The notes beneath the pieces were generated by a model. That model had not been told where the DNA came from. It did not search any database and worked only from the letters and a program-made list of their open reading frames with translations. Made by a program: the position numbers and the translations under genes. From NCBI GenBank assembly GCA_038871515.1, contig JAVZHX010000001.1, positions 224,001 to 288,000 of the forward strand: a stretch of 64,000 nt of DNA, given 5' to 3'. Shown piece after piece: positions 56,701-64,000 of this stretch. Each line of letters starts with the position of its first letter. Positions within the stretch are counted from its first letter, which is position 1. The DNA comes from Candidatus Micrarchaeia archaeon. GTDB taxonomy: Archaea; Micrarchaeota; Micrarchaeia; Burarchaeales; Fermentimicrarchaeaceae.

Positions 56701-57603
56701 CTCGCTTGCTGCTTTTTCTGGCGGAAAAGTGTTGATTATTATATCGCTCCCTAGCTCAAAACCCGCAAGCTTTGCCAAACGAGGGCATATCTCAATATGA
56801 AAGTGATAATCCTGCAAGTGGGAGAGGTGCAGGTAATAATTATACGGTGGGTTGTTGAGCAACCTGTGAAGCTTGCTCAAAACTCTTTTCAATGCGTCTG
56901 CCATTGAATTTTTTTCCTCATCACTCAGCTCCGTTATGTTTTTCACGTGCTTCTTTGGGATAAGCCAAACTTCAAATGGAAAACGAGAGGCAAAAGGTGC
57001 AAAGCAGACAAAGTGGCTGTTTTCAAAAACCTTTCTTTCAGATTCAAGCTCCATTGCAATCACATCGCAGAAAATACACCTCTTATACTTTTCGTAATAC
57101 TCCTTATACGCCTTCATCTCCTCCTCAACCAAAGAAGGTATTCTCGGAAGAGCAATTATCTGGCTGTGCTCATGAACAAGCGAGGTTCCTGCTTCCTCCC
57201 CATGATTCTTGAAAACCAGCACATATTCTATTCCTTTTATTTTTCTTATTTCATCAACGCGCATGCAATACATATCAATAACCTTTCTTATTCCCTCAGC
57301 TGGAAGCTCGTGAAGATTTAGTTTGTGCTGGTTTGTTTCCACAACAACCTCATGCTTACCAAATGCTTTTGGAAAGTTTGTTGAGGTTGCTGGGTACATA
57401 TTTTCAAAGCACCTCACCTCCCATTCCTTTTCGCCAATTCTTGCTATCTCCGGGGGAGTGAGCTTCTCATTCCCAGGGCAGAAAGGGCATGTTCCCTCCT
57501 TCAGAGGAGGAGCTGCTTTCGCGTATTCATGCGGTCTCCTGCTTCTGTTCTCTGCAATTATCACCCATCTATCCAGAATGCAATCCTTTCTTAATTCATT
57601 CAT
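56683..57603 (-). CDS. galT: Galactose-1-phosphate uridylyltransferase (HIT-like)
   Basis: MNELRKD, R.RRP, CPFCPGNE, GTSL.H.HSQI, AGFELGS. Confidence 0.92.
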   Translation of the reverse strand: MNELRKDCILDRWVIIAENRSRRPHEYAKAAPPLKEGTCPFCPGNEKLTPPEIARIGEKEWEVRCFENMYPATSTNFPKAFGKHEVVVETNQHKLNLHELPAEGIRKVIDMYCMRVDEIRKIKGIEYVLVFKNHGEEAGTSLVHEHSQIIALPRIPSLVEEEMKAYKEYYEKYKRCIFCDVIAMELESERKVFENSHFVCFAPFASRFPFEVWLIPKKHVKNITELSDEEKNSMADALKRVLSKLHRLLNNPPYNYYLHLSHLQDYHFHIEICPRLAKLAGFELGSDIIINTFPPEKAASELAALP

Positions 57604-57610
57604 AAAATCA

Positions 57611-59116
57611 CTATAAGAATGCTTCAACCTCATTTTTCTTTTTTTCACCCAACTCCTCAAACCTCCTTGCTAAAACATCTATCTGCTCCCCTTTTAATGA
57701 TTTTTTTGATTTTCTCTTCCTTATTTTAACAAACACTGGGAAGTTAAGCGCTTCCCCAACAATAAGCGCTTCCCCAACTCTCAGCGTTGTTATGTTTTTC
57801 AGCATGGACTCATCAAGCGCCTCGCATCCCTCTCCAATATGTTTAATATCATTTGGGTTGGTTACCCTCATTATTATATGCGTGTTTGCCTGGGCAAGCG
57901 CAGTTGTGCTCAGCTGAACAGGCCTCTGGCTTATCAACCCAATGGATGCGCCGAACTTTCTCCCCTCCCTTGCTATTTTTTCTATTATACTTTTTGAAAT
58001 CATATCCTCCTTTGACGCTTTCTCCTTCGCAAAGTTATGGGATTCCTCAACAAGCAGCACAAACGGGGGGATGCGTTCTTTTTTTCTTGCAGCAAAAAGC
58101 TTCCTCGCAAAGTATGCGACGATGAACTGCTTCTTCCTTAGTTCATTTATCTCGCTTAAATCTATCACTGAAAGCTTCCCTGGCTGAGCAAGCTCGTGCA
58201 CGCTTGGCGAGTCATTCCTCCCAAACAACCTCATTGATTTTAAAGAGTAGAGAGTTGCAGCAAGCGATGCTTTTGTTGTTTCCTTTGTATCGCTCTCCTG
58301 AACTCTTTGAATTACATCATCCAAGTCAAAAAGCTCTCCCTTGGTTTTCTTTTCCTGCTTAAGCTCAATCAAAATATTTTCAATATCCCTTTTCTGCGCA
58401 GAGCTGAGCTGCGGAAGGAACTCCCTCAGCATCTGCGGGGAAATCCTGCTCACTCCTATGCGCACCTTTCTTCCATCAAAAACATTTGTTTTGCTTGCAT
58501 ACTCCGGAGTGCTTTTGAAACCTCCATATTCTCCGTGGACGTCAACAATTATCACGGCAACCCTCCCCTGCTCAGGAGTTCTGTCAAGCAGCTCCTCAAT
58601 TATCACGCTTGCCAGGTATGACTTTCCAGCCCCGCTCATCGCAAGTATTGCAAAATGCTTCTGAAGCAACCTGTTCAAATTCAGTTTCACATCAATTTTG
58701 TGATGCTCAACTTCACCAATAAACAAACCTGCTGGGTCAAACCCAAGTATCCTTGTGAGTATATTCTCGTCTGCCAAGCTGACCTTGCTTCCAGGGGCGG
58801 GAGGGAATGCGTTGCGGAAAAGGTTTTCCTCCCTGTACGTGCCAAGAATTCTCACATCCGCAACTGTGTATTCCCACTCTGTTGTTGGGAAGTTCTTCAA
58901 GAGAGGCTCCCCTCCCCTTTCGTACTCGGCCACGCTCTCTGCCCTCTCAAAGTATCTATTCGCCCTTGTTATATCTGTTACAAAGCCAATGAGCAACCCA
59001 TCCTCTGCTTCAATCTGCACATAGTGCCCTTTCCTAACTTTGCTGTTGTTAACAACAAATGAGAACTCGGTTGTTGAAGGACCATCAAACGTTGTTATCA
59101 CAGTTCCAAGTTCCAT
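57611..59116 (-). CDS. herA: HerA helicase/translocase (HAS barrel + FtsK/HerA ATPase)
   Basis: H.AILAMSGAGKS, DVHGEY, EESH, IAREGRKFG, SQRP. Confidence 0.9.
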   Translation of the reverse strand: MELGTVITTFDGPSTTEFSFVVNNSKVRKGHYVQIEAEDGLLIGFVTDITRANRYFERAESVAEYERGGEPLLKNFPTTEWEYTVADVRILGTYREENLFRNAFPPAPGSKVSLADENILTRILGFDPAGLFIGEVEHHKIDVKLNLNRLLQKHFAILAMSGAGKSYLASVIIEELLDRTPEQGRVAVIIVDVHGEYGGFKSTPEYASKTNVFDGRKVRIGVSRISPQMLREFLPQLSSAQKRDIENILIELKQEKKTKGELFDLDDVIQRVQESDTKETTKASLAATLYSLKSMRLFGRNDSPSVHELAQPGKLSVIDLSEINELRKKQFIVAYFARKLFAARKKERIPPFVLLVEESHNFAKEKASKEDMISKSIIEKIAREGRKFGASIGLISQRPVQLSTTALAQANTHIIMRVTNPNDIKHIGEGCEALDESMLKNITTLRVGEALIVGEALNFPVFVKIRKRKSKKSLKGEQIDVLARRFEELGEKKKNEVEAFL

Positions 59117-59148
59117 AAACTCACTTATTCTCCTCTGTATTTAAATTA

Positions 59149-59952
59149 CTATAGAGAGGGTAACTTTCCAGTGATTAGGAAAATTAAAAGAACTGCAGAG
59201 ATGATTGTTAAGAGAATGTGAATGAGGAATGAAATTGAGAAGGAGAGAACTGCGATTAATGGGTTGAAAGAGTGAATTTCCTTTATTGTTACGAGAGTTA
59301 GGAAAATTCCGTATAATGAAATTATCACAAACCCAATCAGGGAGAGGATGAAACCGAAGTATGGAATTGTTATAAGTATAGCTGCAAATATGTAGAATGG
59401 AGCAAGCGCCAATGCAACATATGAGAGCAGGCATGCCTGCTCAACAAACGTTCCTTTTCCACCAAGCATTTTCGCTGGCAGGTATAGAATTGCTGATGAA
59501 ACTAACCACGATATAACTGCAATCCCAAACCCATAGATTGTTGTTATGAGCAAGCTGAATAGAGTTGATGGTTGCAACATAACTTCAGGAAGTCTCAACA
59601 GAAAGAGAACTGCAAGCATCACAAGGATTCGGAACGCAGTTGCAATTAAATACAGCAGAGAAACATTCATAAATCCTCTCAGAAGCGAGGAATGGTATTT
59701 GAGTTTTTTTACAGCACGCAGCGGTTCAATGTATAGCGAAATTACTGCGTCAGTTATTTTTGGCGCGCTTTCCTCTTTGTAAAACTCCTCGGCGCTTCTG
59801 TCAAACGACATAACTTCTTTAGGTGATGTGAGAAGGTTCCCACAAACAGGGCATTTTCCATTCAAGGAGAGCACACAGCCACCGCAGTAGTATAATTTGC
59901 ACCTCTCGCAAACTCCAACCGCATCCTTATCTGGATGATTTGAGCATTTTAT
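59149..59952 (-). CDS. B-box zinc finger + Yip1 domain membrane protein (probable ATA start)
   Basis: In-frame KCSNHPDKDAVGVCERC...CGGC upstream of the GTG at 59874; C-terminal LGGKG.F Yip1-like TMs. Confidence 0.75.
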   Translation of the reverse strand: MKCSNHPDKDAVGVCERCKLYYCGGCVLSLNGKCPVCGNLLTSPKEVMSFDRSAEEFYKEESAPKITDAVISLYIEPLRAVKKLKYHSSLLRGFMNVSLLYLIATAFRILVMLAVLFLLRLPEVMLQPSTLFSLLITTIYGFGIAVISWLVSSAILYLPAKMLGGKGTFVEQACLLSYVALALAPFYIFAAILITIPYFGFILSLIGFVIISLYGIFLTLVTIKEIHSFNPLIAVLSFSISFLIHILLTIISAVLLIFLITGKLPSL

Positions 59953-59956
59953 AATA

Positions 59957-61003
59957 TCACCTGAAAGGCCTGCTGTTGCTTCTCAAAGGAAGGAATGAAA
60001 CTCTTCTCCCAGCTCTGAGCAGAAGGTTCTGGCAAACTCTTTCAACCTCCTCTCTTTCCAACGCAGCCCTCATATCAGCTTCTATCAGCACTGCGGGGTA
60101 TGCATACTTCTGGTTAATTCTGCTTAAGGAGTATATTAAAGATGCTACCTCAGAAGCCGTTCTCTCTGCTTTTAGAAACTCAACGCGCAGCGGTCTATCG
60201 TTTTTAACTGGTTTCACGTAAAATGCATGAACGCTCGCTCCCCACTTCCCCAAATCCTTCAGCACCTGGTGCTCCCTCTCAGGGCTTGAGTAGTGAAACT
60301 CAAAAACCCTCTCCCCTTCGTTTAGAAGAAAATGCAGGAAGGAGGTGTCGTTGGATGTTTTCAGAATCTCCCCCTCCGCAATAGTTTTTTCAACTATCTC
60401 TATAAACCTCTTCCCCCTGCTGTCCTTTATCACTCCTATCAACTGGCAGTTATTCTCTTTGCAGTAAGAATAAAGGGAGTTGTACAATTCAAGCAGTGAA
60501 TTATAAAGCGGGCGCACCGATGAGTTTTCTGATGGTTTGTCAGAAATCTGAGGAACAATTGAGCCGTCAAGCAGAAGGTAATCTGGCTTGAATTTCTTTA
60601 CTGTTTCACAAGCAGTTTCAACCTCCTTCTTCAACCTTGCAAGCGATTTATGCCATGTGAACTCGTGCGAGTCAAGCGCTGTGAGCGCGCTTGGCTCTGC
60701 TTCAGGAGCGCGGGATGGGTGGTAGCTGTGTGAAATTCTTTTTGAGTTTTTGTATTCAAATATCACCGAAACTGCTCTTGTTAAAACTAAATCAAACCCG
60801 TGAAACTCCTGCGCGCCCAACCCCCCATCAACAGCTGCAACCCTGCAGTTCAGCTCAACAGGTTCAACTTTGTGAATTAAACCTTTCTCAAGCGCTTCTG
60901 GATAAACCTCTCTCCCTTCCTCGCGAAGTTTCTCCGCCAACTCCGCCCTTTTCCTCTCAAGCTCATCCATTCTATTTATAAGCTCAGCCAGCTTTTCATG
61001 CAT
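59957..61003 (-). CDS. nurA: NurA 5'-3' nuclease
   Basis: AAVDGG, LLDGS, IGVIKDS, YP.VL.EAD..A. Confidence 0.9.
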   Translation of the reverse strand: MHEKLAELINRMDELERKRAELAEKLREEGREVYPEALEKGLIHKVEPVELNCRVAAVDGGLGAQEFHGFDLVLTRAVSVIFEYKNSKRISHSYHPSRAPEAEPSALTALDSHEFTWHKSLARLKKEVETACETVKKFKPDYLLLDGSIVPQISDKPSENSSVRPLYNSLLELYNSLYSYCKENNCQLIGVIKDSRGKRFIEIVEKTIAEGEILKTSNDTSFLHFLLNEGERVFEFHYSSPEREHQVLKDLGKWGASVHAFYVKPVKNDRPLRVEFLKAERTASEVASLIYSLSRINQKYAYPAVLIEADMRAALEREEVERVCQNLLLRAGRRVSFLPLRSNSRPFR

Positions 61004-61044
61004 ATGTTTATTTAATTTCAGGTGAATTTATAAATTAGATTGAG

Positions 61045-61389
61045 ATGAAGCAGGTGATAGTTGTCAGAAGTGATTTGAAGCTAGGCAAGGGGAAGCTGGC
61101 AGCCCACGTTTCGCATGCTTCCCTCGCAGGTTATAAGCTTGTCAAAAATAAGAAACCGGAGTTTGTTGGGGAGTGGGAGAAGGAAGGTGAGAAGAAGATA
61201 GTTGTGAAAGTTGAAAGCGAGAAAGAGTTAGTTGAGCTTTACGAGAGAGTTAAAAAAGAAATTCCTTCTGTGCTGATTAAGGATGCTGGTTTAACTCAAA
61301 TTCCACCAGGAACAGTTACCTGCCTTGTGATTGGCCCATGGAAGGATGAGGAAGTTGATGAATTTACTAGAAATTTGAAACTGCTTTAA
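61045..61389 (+). CDS. pth2: Peptidyl-tRNA hydrolase Pth2
   Basis: KQVIVVRSDL...GK.AA...HA, KIVVK, DAGLTQI.PGT.T. Confidence 0.95.
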   Translation: MKQVIVVRSDLKLGKGKLAAHVSHASLAGYKLVKNKKPEFVGEWEKEGEKKIVVKVESEKELVELYERVKKEIPSVLIKDAGLTQIPPGTVTCLVIGPWKDEEVDEFTRNLKLL

Positions 61390-62300
61390 TAAGCGAACTC
61401 AAGCCATTCATGATAACGCTCATCCTTTCCCTGCACAATCTCAAAGAACTTCTTCTGTATTTTTTCAGTTATCTTCCCTCTTCTCCCATCTCCTATTTTT
61501 CTGTCATCAACCTCGACTATTGGAGTTACCTCCGCAGCTGTGCCTGTGAAGAAAGCCTCATCCGCAATGTACAGTTCCTCCCTCGGTATATCCCTTATTA
61601 TAACCTCTATTCCCATATCCTTTGCAATTCTCATCACAGAATCCCTTGTCACCCCGATAAGTATTCCTGCGTGCACGGGAGGGGTGATGAGCTTGCCCTG
61701 CCTTACAATGAATACGTTTTCACCAGAACCTTCCGCAACATAACCGCTTATATTCTGCATTATCGCCTCATCATACCCGCTTCTCAGCGCTTCAATTTTT
61801 GCAAGCAGAGAGTTTGCATAGTTTCCCGAACATTTTGCCTGCGGTGGAACAATCAATGGGTTTATTCTGCACCAGGAGGAAATTTTCACTCTAACTCCCT
61901 TCTCAATTTTATCCTTGAAATAACGCCCAAAAACAACAGGTATTATTGCAACGTTAACGCTCAACCCCTCAGTTTCCAACCCAATGTGCTCGCTTCCGTA
62001 AAAAGCAATTGGGCGTATGTAACATTCCTTTATTTTATTAACTTTTATCAAATCAAGCGTTGCCTTTCTCAATTCTTCTTTTGAGTATGGAATGTTCATC
62101 ATGTATGCTTTTGCGCTGTTGAAAAATCTGTTCAGGTGCTCCCTCAACCTGAAAACAGCAGACCCCTTCTCCGTATTATAACATCGTATCCCCTCAAATA
62201 TCGCATTTCCGTAATGCAGAGAATGGCAGAGCAGATGAACCTTTGCATCGGCAAACATCACAAACTTCCCATTCATCCAAACTTTTGGGAAATGCTTCAT
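61386..62300 (-). CDS. ilvE: Branched-chain amino acid aminotransferase
   Basis: LHYG..IFEGIR, AK.SGNY, EGSGEN, GVTR, GTAAEV.P; ATG at 62300. Confidence 0.95.
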   Translation of the reverse strand: MKHFPKVWMNGKFVMFADAKVHLLCHSLHYGNAIFEGIRCYNTEKGSAVFRLREHLNRFFNSAKAYMMNIPYSKEELRKATLDLIKVNKIKECYIRPIAFYGSEHIGLETEGLSVNVAIIPVVFGRYFKDKIEKGVRVKISSWCRINPLIVPPQAKCSGNYANSLLAKIEALRSGYDEAIMQNISGYVAEGSGENVFIVRQGKLITPPVHAGILIGVTRDSVMRIAKDMGIEVIIRDIPREELYIADEAFFTGTAAEVTPIVEVDDRKIGDGRRGKITEKIQKKFFEIVQGKDERYHEWLEFAY

Positions 62301-62345
62301 AAAACCACCGAAATTATAAATTGGTTGAAGTTTATAACAATTTGT

Positions 62346-62945
62346 ATGGGATGGCAGGAGACTTTTGAGAAAGTTGCAAGCGAGCTTATGAAGAACCCAA
62401 CGCATGACTTTGAGCATGCAAAGAGAGTATGCTCAATCTCATTAAAGCTTGCGAAGGAGGAGAATGCTGATGAGGAGGTTGTGGTTGCCGCTGCGCTGCT
62501 CCACGATGTTGGTTATTCTATTGATGAAAGGGAGCACGAGGAGAAAAGCCTTGAAATTGCAGCAACCCTTCTTGGGATGACTGACTTTCCAAAGGAGAAG
62601 AGAGAAAGGGTTATTGAATGCATAAAACACCACAGATTCAGCAAGGGAAGTGAAGCAGTCAGCTTGGAAGCAAAAATACTTCAGGATGCGGACAGGATTG
62701 ATGCGATTGGCGCTGTGGGAATTGCGCGCTGTTTTCTTTGGAGCGGTGAGCACAGAAGAGTTTTGAAGGAAGCTGTGAAGCACTTCAGCGAGAAGCTGCT
62801 TAAACTGAGGGATGAGATGAACACGGAAAGTGGAAGAAGAATGGCTGAGGAGAGACATAGATTTATGCTTGAATTCCTTCAGAAGCTTGAGGATGAGGGA
62901 GGGATTACTCCTCAAACCTCTTCCAAAGAGCCCTCTTATGGCTGA
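62346..62945 (+). CDS. HD domain phosphohydrolase
   Basis: HDFEH..RV, LLHDV, H, LQDADRIDAIGA.G. Confidence 0.9.
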   Translation: MGWQETFEKVASELMKNPTHDFEHAKRVCSISLKLAKEENADEEVVVAAALLHDVGYSIDEREHEEKSLEIAATLLGMTDFPKEKRERVIECIKHHRFSKGSEAVSLEAKILQDADRIDAIGAVGIARCFLWSGEHRRVLKEAVKHFSEKLLKLRDEMNTESGRRMAEERHRFMLEFLQKLEDEGGITPQTSSKEPSYG

Positions 62946-63186
62946 GCTGCTCCTTTGCAACTGAAAGCAACTGAGTGCTTAACCTCAGCGCCTCGTCTGG
63001 AGAAAGCTTTATCGCCTGAGCACTTGCTGAATTCATTATCCTCAGCGTAATCACCCCATCTCTTGGAAAACCATTCACCAGCTGAGGTTCCTCGCTCTCC
63101 ACTCTAAGAGCATTTCTGTGGCTCTCCCCTTTCTCATCCTTCCACCAATGCACAATTTCCTCTTCTATAGGCATATCGGTCGCCAA
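62905..63186 (-). CDS. Hypothetical protein
   Basis: 93-aa ORF with SD GGTAG; beta strands then helix (IKLSPDEALRL). Confidence 0.65.
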   Translation of the reverse strand: MATDMPIEEEIVHWWKDEKGESHRNALRVESEEPQLVNGFPRDGVITLRIMNSASAQAIKLSPDEALRLSTQLLSVAKEQLSHKRALWKRFEE

Positions 63187-63257
63187 CTACCAAGTGGTTT
63201 GTGTTATTTATAAAGCTTGGGAGGGGGTAACTTTCCAGTGAAGTATATAAATTGTGG

Positions 63258-63689
63258 ATGAGCAATTCTATGGGTGTTTTTATGAGGATACTCAGACCAG
63301 AAAGATCTGTGTTTTTCAACCCAGAAATGCAGGCTGCTTTGGAAAGGGAGAGAAATAGAAGGGCTGTGGAAATGCTGACAAGCAACAAAAGTGAGGAGCG
63401 CATGGAGGCTGCGGAGAGACTGCTTAAAGTTGTTAAAGACAGCTCAGTGAGAAAGGAGCTTGAGCTTGTGCGTGACATTGCAAAGGAGAGCAGAATAATT
63501 GAAAAAATAGAGAAAGAGGAGGGGAAGATTGATGCAATGCCAAAGGAGAAAGCTGCAAAATACGCTTCATACATAAAAGATTATACAGAGAGAAAGGAGG
63601 AAGCAGCAGAGAATATTGCAAGGTTTATATCTGAAAGAAAGATGAGCGATGTGGAGCTGCAGGAGAATTTGAAAAAAGTGCTAGCCTGA
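63258..63689 (+). CDS. Hypothetical charged helical protein
   Basis: Long ORF with host-like purine-rich codons; start uncertain. Confidence 0.55.
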   Translation: MSNSMGVFMRILRPERSVFFNPEMQAALERERNRRAVEMLTSNKSEERMEAAERLLKVVKDSSVRKELELVRDIAKESRIIEKIEKEEGKIDAMPKEKAAKYASYIKDYTERKEEAAENIARFISERKMSDVELQENLKKVLA

Positions 63690-64000
63690 TTTATAATAAT
63701 CGCAGAGTTTATTCAGCACACATAAGTTACATTCTGGATTCCTTGCTCTGCATATCTTTCTTCCGTGAAGTATGAAGTTTATGTGAAGGGTTTTCTTCTC
63801 ATCAGAAGGGATAAGTTCATTCATAATTTTATGGGCTTTCTCAGAGCTTGCTTCTTCTGGTATCAACCCCAACCTCTTGGCAATTCGCATATTATGTGTG
63901 TCCAGAGGCATTGTTGGCTTGTTGAAGCAGAAAAGCAGAAGCACGCTTGCGGTTTTTGGCCCAATTCCGTCAATTGAGCGAAGGAATTCAAATGCATCAT
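63681..64000 (-). CDS. nth: Endonuclease III/HhH-GPD glycosylase, 5'-partial
   Basis: GIG.KTA..., P.DTH..RI..RLG, HGR.ICRARNPEC..C.....C. Confidence 0.9.
   Translation of the reverse strand, partial: DAFEFLRSIDGIGPKTASVLLLFCFNKPTMPLDTHNMRIAKRLGLIPEEASSEKAHKIMNELIPSDEKKTLHINFILHGRKICRARNPECNLCVLNKLCDYYKSG

Overview
Archaeal chromosome segment, probably from a DPANN lineage (Micrarchaeota-like; this is inferred, not searched). It holds the distal spc/alpha/S9 ribosomal superoperon (rps8 to rps2, secY, adk, cbf5, rpoD, rpoN), purine salvage genes, proS, a 7-gene group 4 (Ech/Mbh-like) [NiFe]-hydrogenase cluster, purA, elp3, gatDE, rad50, nurA/herA and other housekeeping genes. The main feature is a minus-strand 16S-tRNA(Ala)-23S operon fragmented by 16 bulge-helix-bulge (BHB)-type introns (10 in 16S, 6 in 23S), which leave micro-exons of 8, 11, 13 and 16 nt. 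Six introns carry nuclease ORFs: four LAGLIDADG-type and two HTH + PD-(D/E)xK-type. Four of these ORFs have no stop codon inside the linear intron and acquire one across the circularisation junction. The four largest introns have a TATA-like box 28-30 nt before the ORF start, while the two smaller ORF introns use Shine-Dalgarno motifs. Five of the eight tRNAs also contain introns, several at non-canonical positions, including a box C/D guide-containing tRNA-Trp intron. E. coli numbering is from manual alignment and is approximate.
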